Source of the DNA: Chlamydiia bacterium
GTDB lineage: Bacteria; Chlamydiota; Chlamydiia; Chlamydiales; SM23-39
Reading direction: 5' to 3'
NCBI GenBank assembly: GCA_016213175.1
Contig: JACRBF010000039.1
Coordinates: forward strand, 1-42,482
Length of the DNA stretch: 42,482 nt
Of the stretch, positions 1 to 8,618 are shown in pieces (within the stretch, counting starts at the first letter, position 1; each line of letters starts with the position of its first letter). The translations under genes were made by a program, and so were the position numbers. Under the pieces are notes generated by a model that saw nothing but the letters and a program-made list of their open reading frames with translations, made no database searches and was not told the origin of the DNA.

Positions 1-98
1 CAATATCGACACCCAGTATATTGCCCCAGAATTTTAAATCGAAAATCGGCTCAAAAGAACCCGAAAATCGACAGAACTTTACTTTGTAGACATCCTCT
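1..98. repeat. Palindromic MITE-like element family A, partial (loop plus one arm, cut by window edge)
   Basis: Has the same central loop CAATATCGACACCCAGTATATTGCCCC as the full copy at 4165-4337. The arm ends in TTACTTTGTAGACATCCTCT, the terminal inverted repeat of that copy. Confidence 0.9.
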
Positions 99-180
99 AA
101 GAGCCGGGTATTTTGAAGAATTCCTTCTTGAAAGGGGCATCAGGTTCCTTGCCGCAACTTGACAAATAGCTCGCTTGACT

Positions 181-349
181 TATTAACCAGAGGGGTAAAC
201 AAGTGACAACTCGCTTGCTGCGGCTTCGACATATCGATCCTCCATCGTCGTCCATAGTTGTGCTATGGACTTCTCTTTCGGACCGCTGCGCTTCGATCTG
301 TTCTTGCCTCGCAGCGCGATTTGTCACTTGTTTACCCCTCTGGTTAATA
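181..349. repeat. Palindromic MITE-like element family B, full copy (169 bp)
   Basis: 29-bp perfect terminal inverted repeats TATTAACCAGAGGGGTAAACAAGTGACAA / TTGTCACTTGTTTACCCCTCTGGTTAATA and an inner hairpin GTCCATAG-TTGTG-CTATGGAC. Recurs inverted at 1514-1686 and truncated at 4383-4434. Confidence 0.9.
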
Positions 350-412
350 GTCCTGAAGGGCCGGGACTCTCGCCGAGCTGCTCGTTCAAAACTTAATTGC
401 CACTCCCTAAAA

Positions 413-474
413 TATACCGAACGTGATTCAATAATCCAGAAAATCGATGAACCATTACTTTGTAGACATCCTCT
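413..474. repeat. Chimeric element: family C left end fused to family A right end
   Basis: TATACCGAACGTGATTCAATAATC matches 25506-25529. AATAATCCAGAAAATCGATGAACC.TTACTTTGTAGACATCCTCT matches the right arm of 4165-4337. The junction is the shared 7-mer AATAATC. Confidence 0.85.
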
Positions 475-501
475 CAATGTCTGTCCGCAAAAGAGGTGCA
501 A

Positions 502-1506
502 GTGGAACAAGTTATTTTAGATCACGGAACCGGAGCGAAGCTTAGTCGGCAGCTTGTTGAGCTAATCGTCTCTGTATTGGGCGATGTCTACATTGGGGAC
601 ATGGAAGACAGCGCGATTTTGCCTATTCAAGGGAATCGGATTGCAATGACCACCGATTCTTTCGTCGTAGATCCTTTATTTTTTGGTAATGGCGATATTG
701 GAAAAATTGCGGTTTGCGGAACAGTCAATGATCTTAGTGTTATTGGAGCCAAGCCGCTTTATTTAACTCTCTCGCTAATCATCGAAGCAGGGTTTCTTAT
801 TGCAGATTTAAGACGAATCCTCGAGTCCATTCGGAGTACAGCATTGGAAGCTGGAGTGAAAATTGTCGCTGGGGATACCAAGGTTACTAGAGCTGGAGAA
901 ACAGACAAGTTATTCATTAACACCGCTGGGGTGGGCATTTTCAAGGGTTCTCCATTAAAAATGAGGAATGTACAGGTTGGCGACAAAATCATCTTAAGCG
1001 GAATGATTGGAAATCATAGCGTTCATCTTCTTTCAGTTCGAGAAGGGCTGGGCTTTGACACAGCGGTTATAAGCGATTGCGCGGCTTTAAATGGAATGAT
1101 CGATCATCTCTTTGCCGAGGTAGGTGAAAATGTGATCCAATCAATGCGCGATGTAACGCGAGGAGGACTCTCAGCTGTTCTCCATGAATATTCAAATGCG
1201 ACGGGTCAGAAAATGGAAATTTATCAAGAAGCGTTGCCGATCCAACGGGAAACGCTAATGGCTACCGAGATGCTGGGGATTAGTGCCTTGAATTTGGCTA
1301 ATGAGGGCTGTTTGTGCCTATTCGTGAAGTCTGAAAAGGTTGATCAAGTTCTCAATGCATTGAGAAAGCATCGATATGGACAAAAAGCTGTAGAAATTGG
1401 AGAAGTCTCCGCAATGTGCATCAAGTCTGTCCAAATGATCCGACGCGACGGGACCCGTGAAGAGATCGAAGAACTAGAGGGAGCGGAACTCCCACGGCTA
1501 TGCTAG
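502..1506 (+). CDS. hypE: HypE carbamoyl dehydratase ([NiFe]-hydrogenase maturation family, PurM/AIRS fold)
   Basis: Motifs HGTG, TTDSFVVDPLFF.NGDIGKIAVCGTVNDL, GDTKV, MRDVTRGG, ANEG and the C-terminal PRLC with the acceptor Cys. GTG at 502 is better spaced from the AAGAGG RBS than GTG at 496. Confidence 0.93.
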   Translation: MEQVILDHGTGAKLSRQLVELIVSVLGDVYIGDMEDSAILPIQGNRIAMTTDSFVVDPLFFGNGDIGKIAVCGTVNDLSVIGAKPLYLTLSLIIEAGFLIADLRRILESIRSTALEAGVKIVAGDTKVTRAGETDKLFINTAGVGIFKGSPLKMRNVQVGDKIILSGMIGNHSVHLLSVREGLGFDTAVISDCAALNGMIDHLFAEVGENVIQSMRDVTRGGLSAVLHEYSNATGQKMEIYQEALPIQRETLMATEMLGISALNLANEGCLCLFVKSEKVDQVLNALRKHRYGQKAVEIGEVSAMCIKSVQMIRRDGTREEIEELEGAELPRLC

Positions 1507-1513
1507 TACAGTT

Positions 1514-1686
1514 TATTAACCCGAGAGGTCAATAAGTGGCAACAAGCGGCGCTAGCGAGATGAAGTCAGATCGAAGCGCAGCGGTCCGAAGGAGAAGTCC
1601 ATAGTACAACTATAGACGACGATGGAGGATCGATATGTCGAAGCCGCAGCAAGCGAGTTGTCACTTGTTTACCCCTCTGGTTAATA
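1514..1686. repeat. Family B element, inverted copy between hypE and hypF
   Basis: Reverse complement of 181-349 over the core and one arm; the other arm has diverged (TATTAACCCGAGAGGTCAATAAGTGGCAA). Confidence 0.88.
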
Positions 1687-1695
1687 AAGCGCGTA

Positions 1696-1721
1696 GAACC
1701 CTTACTTTGTAGATATCCTCT
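1696..1721. repeat. Family A terminal fragment
   Basis: GAACCCTTACTTTGTAGATATCCTCT has one mismatch to the right end of 4165-4337. Confidence 0.8.
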
Positions 1722-1831
1722 TAATACGGATCAACTTGAGTAGCCTGCGATCGATCGATTATACGCAGCTTTCATGCTAGAGATTATCTCAAGAATTTTT
1801 GTTGCGGATCACTAAGAAATGGGAGAGCCTA

Positions 1832-4132
1832 ATGTCAGAAACCGCGTTAAATAGGATTTTCAAAATCCGAGTGACTGGCATTGTTCAGGGCGTTGGATTT
1901 CGTCCGTTTATTTATCGCCTCGCTCATGCTCATGGAGTTTTGGGTTGGGTGATCAACGACCCTGAAGGGGTTTTGATTGAAGCCCAAGGAGACGCTTCCT
2001 TAGAACAGTTTGTTGCGGCAATATCCGAACAAGCGCCTCCACTGGCCAATGTATTGAATGTGAAAATTATTGAACGGATTGCCTGTGCTAGAGCCCTACA
2101 TAAAATATTCGAGATTCGGGACACTGTCACTATAGGGAAAAAAGAGGTAGTCGTGTCTCCAGATTTTCATGTGTGTAGTGATTGCTTGCAAGAACTTCAA
2201 TCTAAAGGGAACCGACGCTATCGTTATCCATTCATAAATTGTACCAATTGTGGCCCCCGGTTTTCAATCATTCAGAAGTTGCCCTATGATCGCGCTAGCA
2301 CCACGATGTCCGTCTTCAAGATGTGCTCGGAATGCGATCAAGAATACCGAGATCCGTTCGACAGAAGGTATCATGCGCAGCCAAATGCGTGTCCTACCTG
2401 CGGTCCCAATGTGTTTTTATCGGATAGGGAAGGGATTCGTGCTCGCTCAGATCAGGCAATTCAATTCACAATTGATTTGCTTTTATCAGGAAAAATTGTT
2501 GCGATCAAAAGTGTGGGAGGATTTCACTTAACTGTTAATGCGCAAGATGGTGAGGCCGTCGCGTTGCTGCGCAAGCGTAAGCGTCGGGATGTTAAGCCTT
2601 TTGCAGTAATGGTTAACTCTGTCGAAGCCGCTGGAAAATACACTCAGCATACCAAGCAGGAAGCCGATCTACTTGAATCTGCGTCCCGTCCAATTGTGCT
2701 GCTCAAGAAAAAACAGGGAGCTCTTCCGGAGCAAATCGCTCCTCGAAATCCTAACTTGGGTCTTATGATCGCTTCTGCTCCCCTGCATTATTTGCTGCTC
2801 AACGACCCCAGAATGGATATTTTGGTGATGACTAGCGGCAACATTTCGGGTTATCCAATTGTTTATAAAAATACAACAGCTGCTCAGCTGTTTGATGTGG
2901 CAGATGCGATCTTATTCCATAACCGGGATATAGAAACTCGAGCGGATGATTCGGTGGTTCGAGTTTCCTCCTATCTCGATCTTAGGCGGTCTATTGTAAG
3001 CTTTGTAAGAAAATCCAAGGGGTATGCGCCTTACGTTCTTCATATGAAGAAGCCGTTGCACAAAATTATTGCCTATGGTGCTGAACTGAAAACAACGGTG
3101 GCTTTGTCCCAGGACAAGAGGATCTATATCGGTCCTCATATTGGAGATCTCAAAAATGATGAGACCTTTCAGTCTCATCAGAAATGCATCGAACATTTAA
3201 AATGCTTGTATGACATCGAACCGGAGTGGATAGCTTGCGATTTGCACCCGCTATTCCGCTCTGTCAGCTTCGCTCTTACAAAGGGGGAAAACAAGGTGAT
3301 TCGAGTGCAGCATCACCATGCACATATGGCAGCTTGTATGGGAGAAAATCACCTACAAGGGCCTACGATTGGCGTGATCTTAGACGGGACGGGCTATGGC
3401 TTGGATGGGACGATTTGGGGAGGAGAATTTTTAATTGGTGATTATTCATCGTTTATGCGTTCATTCCATCTGCGCCATATTCATTTGTTAGGAGGAGATA
3501 AGGCGATATCTGAACCTTTACGCATCGCTCTTGTTCTGGCTTTAGAAGCATCGGTAGCTGGACAAGTTCCTGCGTTCAAAAAATTCACAGACCAAGAAAG
3601 AGCGGTGTTTACAGCTATGCATTCTAAAGGGATTCATTCGACGCCTACCTCTAGCATGGGTCGCCTGTTTGATGGTGTAGCCGCTTTGTTGGACATCTGT
3701 GTAAAAATGGAATATGAAGCACAAGGTCCCATCGAACTCGAAGCTCTCTTGCAAAGGGATCTTTCCATGGCTGATCCGTATCCATTTAGTTTTGAAAATG
3801 AAACAATTGATTACCGTCCGCTTATCCAAACGATGGTTTACGATTTCTTGAATGGATTGGCTATTGCTGAAATCAGTCGGCGTTTTCACTCTACAATTGT
3901 ACAGATGATCGTTGCGGTTTGTATTCTGATTAGAACAAAGACCAGTATTGCTCAGGTCGTATTGAGCGGCGGGGTTTTTTTAAACGAATTTTTATTGATC
4001 AATTCGATGCACCTGTTAGAGAGTGCTGGATTTGTCCCTTATTGCCATCACACGATCCCGACTAATGACGGGGGAATTGCCCCTGGTCAAATTCTGGTGG
4101 CGGACGCGCTTTTGTCGAGCTATTCTCGATGA
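1832..4132 (+). CDS. hypF: HypF carbamoyltransferase
   Basis: Acylphosphatase domain (GIVQGVGFRPF), four CxxC zinc-finger pairs (CSDC, CTNC, CSEC, CPTC), YrdC-like region (TSGN) and Kae1-like domain (QHHHAH, DGTGYG, SSMGRLFD, LSGGVF, PTNDGG). ATG at 1832 follows GGGAGAG. Confidence 0.95.
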   Translation: MSETALNRIFKIRVTGIVQGVGFRPFIYRLAHAHGVLGWVINDPEGVLIEAQGDASLEQFVAAISEQAPPLANVLNVKIIERIACARALHKIFEIRDTVTIGKKEVVVSPDFHVCSDCLQELQSKGNRRYRYPFINCTNCGPRFSIIQKLPYDRASTTMSVFKMCSECDQEYRDPFDRRYHAQPNACPTCGPNVFLSDREGIRARSDQAIQFTIDLLLSGKIVAIKSVGGFHLTVNAQDGEAVALLRKRKRRDVKPFAVMVNSVEAAGKYTQHTKQEADLLESASRPIVLLKKKQGALPEQIAPRNPNLGLMIASAPLHYLLLNDPRMDILVMTSGNISGYPIVYKNTTAAQLFDVADAILFHNRDIETRADDSVVRVSSYLDLRRSIVSFVRKSKGYAPYVLHMKKPLHKIIAYGAELKTTVALSQDKRIYIGPHIGDLKNDETFQSHQKCIEHLKCLYDIEPEWIACDLHPLFRSVSFALTKGENKVIRVQHHHAHMAACMGENHLQGPTIGVILDGTGYGLDGTIWGGEFLIGDYSSFMRSFHLRHIHLLGGDKAISEPLRIALVLALEASVAGQVPAFKKFTDQERAVFTAMHSKGIHSTPTSSMGRLFDGVAALLDICVKMEYEAQGPIELEALLQRDLSMADPYPFSFENETIDYRPLIQTMVYDFLNGLAIAEISRRFHSTIVQMIVAVCILIRTKTSIAQVVLSGGVFLNEFLLINSMHLLESAGFVPYCHHTIPTNDGGIAPGQILVADALLSSYSR

Positions 4133-4164
4133 GTAATTTTGTCCATGAGAAAAACTGACGCATC

Positions 4165-4337
4165 AGAGGATGTCTACAAAGTAAAGTTCTGTCGATTTTC
4201 GGGTTCTTTTGAGCCGATTTTCGATTTAAATTTCTGGGGCAATATCGACACCCAGTATATTGCCCCAGAAATTTAAATCGAAAATCGGCCAAAATAATCC
4301 AGAAAATCGATGAACCCTTACTTTGTAGACATCCTCT
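4165..4337. repeat. Family A element, full copy (173 bp)
   Basis: 20-bp terminal inverted repeats AGAGGATGTCTACAAAGTAA / TTACTTTGTAGACATCCTCT and a long perfect inner stem GCCGATTTTCGATTTAAATTTCTGGGGCAATAT around an 11-nt loop. Confidence 0.92.
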
Positions 4338-4382
4338 CCAATGAGTTTCCACCAAATCGTCTCTGGGAAGCCCTTCCCAAAT

Positions 4383-4434
4383 TATTAACCAGAGGGGTAA
4401 GCAAGTGACAACTCGCTTGCTGCGGCTTCGACAT
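4383..4434. repeat. Family B left arm, truncated
   Basis: 52 bp with one mismatch to 181-232. Confidence 0.85.
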
Positions 4435-4528
4435 GAGGATTTGAATCGATTTTCTTGGGTACCTTTCAACTGGAACCACTATATACTCGAAATAAAGGTG
4501 GCTGCTAGTATAGGTTGCGAGGAAAGCC

Positions 4529-5008
4529 ATGTCCGTAAATAAGCCGCGTACGATTGACAATCTGGGGGTTGAAGCCTCAGTTCGCTATGCCAAAGATACA
4601 GAACTCTTTGAATCACGCTATATTGAAGAGTCCCGTCTTATTGCGCAGAAGACGGAGGTTCAAGTTGTCTCTCCCTCTGTCCTTTCCGAATTCGATCGGT
4701 TCTATTCGTCCGCTAAAACTGCCCCTTGGGCGCTGTTCTATCCACCGCCTGAGTATTTGTCCTACGGAAAGCCGCTTTTTTCGTATCAGTTGATCCCTTC
4801 GCTGGGCGAGTATGACAAGTTAGAGGAGGATATCGATAAGTTGGAGCAGATGGGGGATGCTTTGGAGGATGAGCAAGAAGGGCATCAGAAAGATCCTGAC
4901 CAGGAGAAGCAAAGACAGGCGCTCGTAGCGCTGTTCCGGTGTTTGAATAAGTTAGATAAGACGTTGTTGTTGATTAATGCGCGGCGCAATCAGTATCAGA
5001 GGGGATAA
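4529..5008 (+). CDS. Conserved chlamydial hypothetical protein (CT273-like), first gene of the T3SS operon
   Basis: GAGG RBS and tight coupling to the TPR chaperone and sctU. The CT273-like assignment is from recall of the sequence style and gene order. Confidence 0.7.
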   Translation: MSVNKPRTIDNLGVEASVRYAKDTELFESRYIEESRLIAQKTEVQVVSPSVLSEFDRFYSSAKTAPWALFYPPPEYLSYGKPLFSYQLIPSLGEYDKLEEDIDKLEQMGDALEDEQEGHQKDPDQEKQRQALVALFRCLNKLDKTLLLINARRNQYQRG

Positions 5009-5010
5009 AG

Positions 5011-5403
5011 ATGCCTGTGAATTGGTTGGAATTTCTGGGTTGGGATCAAGAGGGTGTGAAGGATTTGCGCTATGCCGCCTACTCCTATATTAAGCAGGGG
5101 GTTTATGACGTCGCCCTCATTTTTTTCGACGCCTTGAGCGCTCTTGCTCCGCCCTCTCCCTATGATCTTCAAACGATTGGCGCTTTGCATTTGCAGATTG
5201 GCAATGGGTTGAAGGCGCTCGACTATTTAGATCGCGCGTTGAAGGCGGACCCCTCCCATCTTCCTACGCAGTTGAATCGTTCCAAGGCACTTTTAATGCT
5301 GGGGTATAAGAGGCAAGGGCTGTTGCAAGCGATGGAACTTGCAAAAGCGGGCGATCCGGAAATTGCTTCGCAAGCCTCGGCGTTACTCCTATCCTATAAG
5401 TAG
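5011..5403 (+). CDS. TPR-containing SycD/LcrH-like T3SS chaperone (CT274-like)
   Basis: AYSYIKQGVYDVALIFFDAL and TIGALHLQIG...AL.YLDRAL TPR pattern; lies directly upstream of sctU. Confidence 0.8.
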   Translation: MPVNWLEFLGWDQEGVKDLRYAAYSYIKQGVYDVALIFFDALSALAPPSPYDLQTIGALHLQIGNGLKALDYLDRALKADPSHLPTQLNRSKALLMLGYKRQGLLQAMELAKAGDPEIASQASALLLSYK

Positions 5404-5412
5404 ATCCCCCCC

Positions 5413-6489
5413 ATGGCAGAAAAAACCGAACAAGCGACCCCGAAGAAACTCAAGGACGCGCGGAAAAAAGGACAAGTGGCCAAGATCCAGGATCTTCCTG
5501 CGGCCTTTACCTTTATTGTCTCTCTCGGGGCGTCCTTGGCGATGATGTCCCATTTTTTCGAACAGATCGGCTCTTTCATGCTCCTGATGCTGCGCGAAGT
5601 GCCTAATGTGTCTACCGATTTCAATAATAAAGCGCCCGGGTATTTCCTCTCCGCTATTGACGTGATCTTGAATTCCAGTTTGCCGATCATGGTGCTAGTG
5701 GCCTTCGTTGGGGTTATCGTGAGTTTCTTGGTCATCGGTCCCGTGTTTTCTATGGAGGCCATGAAGTTCGATCTGAAAAAGCTCAACCCCGTGGAAGGGA
5801 TCAAACAAAAATTCAAATTAAAGACATTGATCGAACTGATTAAGTCGGTGGCTAAGATTACAGGCGCTGCTCTCATCATCTATCTCATTATTTGGAATAG
5901 GCTGCCGCAGATCCTTTCAACAGTGATGATGCCCGTCCTGGGATCTGCCCTTGTAGTCAATGATTTTCTTGTTTCGGCTACCATTCAGGTAGGTCTTTTT
6001 TTTCTCTTTGTCGCTCTCCTTGATCTCGCTTTTCAGAAAAAGAATTTTGCCAAAGAGATGATGATGCAGAAATTTGAGGTGAAGCAGGAGTACAAGGATA
6101 CAGAGGGCGATCCAATGATCAAGAGTAGGCGTAGAGAGATATCGCGCGAGATTGCCTATCAAGACGGTCCTTCCGCTGCAAGAAGAGCGCGTGCGATTAT
6201 CACGAACCCCATTCACATTGCCGTTGCTTTGAAGTACAATCCAGCGGAGGAACCGGCGCCCATTATCTTAACGATGGGGGCCGGCGTGATGGCGGAAAAA
6301 ATCATTCAAATCGGACTGGACTATAAAATTCCCATCATGCGGAATGTGGATTTGGCAAGAAGCCTGTACACTAAAGGGAAAATTTCCGAATATATCCCTG
6401 AGGACCTCTACCCGATGGTTGCTGAGATTATTAAATGGCTCGAATCGATCGAAGAAAAACCAGAAGTTAGCAAGGAGCTGTTTCAGTGA
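5413..6489 (+). CDS. sctU: T3SS export apparatus switch protein SctU/CdsU (YscU/FlhB family)
   Basis: EKTEQATPKKLKDARKKGQV, KKLNPVEG, EYKDTEGDP; autocleavage motif present as NPIH (canonical NPTH). Confidence 0.96.
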   Translation: MAEKTEQATPKKLKDARKKGQVAKIQDLPAAFTFIVSLGASLAMMSHFFEQIGSFMLLMLREVPNVSTDFNNKAPGYFLSAIDVILNSSLPIMVLVAFVGVIVSFLVIGPVFSMEAMKFDLKKLNPVEGIKQKFKLKTLIELIKSVAKITGAALIIYLIIWNRLPQILSTVMMPVLGSALVVNDFLVSATIQVGLFFLFVALLDLAFQKKNFAKEMMMQKFEVKQEYKDTEGDPMIKSRRREISREIAYQDGPSAARRARAIITNPIHIAVALKYNPAEEPAPIILTMGAGVMAEKIIQIGLDYKIPIMRNVDLARSLYTKGKISEYIPEDLYPMVAEIIKWLESIEEKPEVSKELFQ

Positions 6490-8612
6490 AGAAGTTCCTA
6501 GACAATCTCACACGCTCTCTCGGTGGAGATCGGATGCTCGCTGCCATTTCAGGCTCCAGCGATCTGATGCTTGCGGCGTTGATTATCGCCATCATCATGA
6601 TGCTGATTTTCCCCGTTTCGCCCGATGTTATCGATATCCTCATCGCCATCAATTTGGGTGTTTCGGTCTCCGTACTCTTCGTGGCGCTCTATATTCAGAA
6701 AGCGGTACACCTCTCGATTTTCCCCTCGCTGCTTCTGATTACGACTCTCTACCGTCTTGGTGTCAACATCTCCTCTACGCGGCAAATTTTGTTGCATGCC
6801 AACGCTGGGCACATCATTTTTGCCTTCGGTAATTTTGTCGTAGGGGGCAGCTTTGTCGTAGGGGGCGTGATCTTCTTGATCATCACGATCGTGCAATTCA
6901 TCGTTGTGACGAAGGGTGCGGAAAGGGTAGCCGAGGTGGCAGCGCGCTTTACCTTGGATGCGATGCCCGGTAAACAGATGTCGATTGACGCGGATCTGCG
7001 CTCCGGCATCATCGACCAGCAGCAGGCGCGCGAACTGAGATTGGGACTTGCCAAAGAGAGCCAGCTCTACGGGGCCATGGACGGTGCGATGAAATTTGTC
7101 AAGGGGGATGCGATCGCGGGGATCGTCATTGCTTTGATCAATATTATCGGGGGACTCATCATCGGGAATGTGATTCACGGGAGGAGTCTCATGGATTCGG
7201 CTCGCATTTACACTCTCCTTTCCATTGGCGATGGTCTTGTTTCGCAAATCCCTTCTCTCATGATTGCCGTAACAGCGGGTATTGTGACGACGCGTGTGTC
7301 CAGCGAAAAAAAAGACGCTCACCTCGGTAAAGAGATCTCTGAGCAGTTGCTCAAACAGCCCAAGGCGCTCATGATTGCAGCGGGAGTGCTCTTTTTTATG
7401 GCGTGGATTCCCGGATTTCCTGCCTGGTCCTTTCTCGTGCTGGCAGCCATCGTGGGTACCTTGGGTTACTTTTTCTGGTCCAATAGCAGAAGAGCTGTAG
7501 CGAAAGCGGCAGCTGGCGTAGGCCCCGTGGATACGGAAGTATCCGGTCATTCCGTTGTGGGGGGGTCTGCGGAAGATTATGCCCTTACTTTGCCCGTCGT
7601 TTTGGAGGTGGGCGTCTCCATTTCGCAGCTCATCCGGAAGGACAAACAGGGCATTACATTCATTGATCAGATGATTCCTAAGATGAGGCATGCTCTCTAT
7701 CAAGATCTTGGCGTCCGCTTCCCAGGTATCCACGTGCGCACCGACTCTGCTTCGTTAGAACCGGGAGAATACGCTGTTCATCTCAATGAAGTGCCCCTCG
7801 CAAGGGGCAAGATTCTGCTGAAGCATCTATTGACGAACGAGACGGAAGAGACGCTCAGGCGCTACAATATCCCCTTTGTCGCGTCCAAAGGATCGATTGG
7901 CATGCCGGCTTTGTGGGTCGATGAAAAGTACCGCGAAATTCTCCAAAGGGCGAGCATTCGTTACTGGACGGGGTTAGAGGTGATTATTCTCCATCTGTCC
8001 CGCTTTTATCGCCAATATGCGAGTGAATTCATCGGAATTCAAGAGGTGCGAGCGATTCTCGAATTTGTGGAAAAATCGTTCCCCGATCTCGTCAAAGAGG
8101 TTTCCCGTCTTGTACCTCTGCAAAAATTGACCGAAATTTTACGCAGGCTTGTCCAAGAACAGGTTTCGATCAAAGATCTGCGGACGATTTTGGAAGCGCT
8201 CAGCGAATGGGCGCAAACGGAGAAAGATACAGTTCTTCTCACGGAGTATGTCCGCTCTTCTTTAAAACGCTATATCAGCTACAAATATTCTCTGGGACAG
8301 ACTGTGCTCTCCGTCTATTTACTCGACCCGGAAATTGAGGATATGGTGCGAGGCGCTGTCAAGCAAACCTCTGCCGGATCGTATCTCGCTCTTGATCCCG
8401 ACTCGGTGCAGCTCATTCTGCACTCCATGCGCGCGATCATTAAACCGACGCCCCCTGGAGGACAGCCTCCTGTTCTGCTGACTGCCATCGACGTGCGCAG
8501 GTTTGTCCGTAAGTTGATCGAAGGGGAGTTCCCCGATCTCGCGGTAGTCTCTTTTCAAGAAGTAGTTCCTGAAATCCGTATTCAGCCTTTAGGCAGAGTC
8601 CAGCTCACTTAG
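6486..8612 (+). CDS. sctV: T3SS export gate SctV/CdsV (LcrD/FlhA family)
   Basis: FIVVTKGAERVAEVAARFTLDAMPGKQMSIDAD and GAMDGAMKFVKGDAIAG signature. Confidence 0.97.
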   Translation: MKKFLDNLTRSLGGDRMLAAISGSSDLMLAALIIAIIMMLIFPVSPDVIDILIAINLGVSVSVLFVALYIQKAVHLSIFPSLLLITTLYRLGVNISSTRQILLHANAGHIIFAFGNFVVGGSFVVGGVIFLIITIVQFIVVTKGAERVAEVAARFTLDAMPGKQMSIDADLRSGIIDQQQARELRLGLAKESQLYGAMDGAMKFVKGDAIAGIVIALINIIGGLIIGNVIHGRSLMDSARIYTLLSIGDGLVSQIPSLMIAVTAGIVTTRVSSEKKDAHLGKEISEQLLKQPKALMIAAGVLFFMAWIPGFPAWSFLVLAAIVGTLGYFFWSNSRRAVAKAAAGVGPVDTEVSGHSVVGGSAEDYALTLPVVLEVGVSISQLIRKDKQGITFIDQMIPKMRHALYQDLGVRFPGIHVRTDSASLEPGEYAVHLNEVPLARGKILLKHLLTNETEETLRRYNIPFVASKGSIGMPALWVDEKYREILQRASIRYWTGLEVIILHLSRFYRQYASEFIGIQEVRAILEFVEKSFPDLVKEVSRLVPLQKLTEILRRLVQEQVSIKDLRTILEALSEWAQTEKDTVLLTEYVRSSLKRYISYKYSLGQTVLSVYLLDPEIEDMVRGAVKQTSAGSYLALDPDSVQLILHSMRAIIKPTPPGGQPPVLLTAIDVRRFVRKLIEGEFPDLAVVSFQEVVPEIRIQPLGRVQLT

Positions 8613-8618
8613 AAAATT

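Noticed and set aside
97-520. ORFs 97-510 (-) and 203-520 (+)
   Set aside because: They run through repeat elements, and the same peptide fragments recur in ORFs 4062-4469 and 13641-13829, so they are by-products of the repeats.
1-4434. CRISPR array interpretation of the clustered repeats
   Set aside because: The repeats are long inverted elements at irregular spacing, not 25-45 bp direct repeats with unique spacers, and no cas genes are present.
4062-4560. ORFs 4062-4469 and 4318-4560 (-)
   Set aside because: Made largely of element A/B or intergenic sequence and overlapping hypF or the next gene antisense.
6549-7733. 394-aa antisense ORF
   Set aside because: Shadow of the highly conserved sctV gene; no protein-like motifs.
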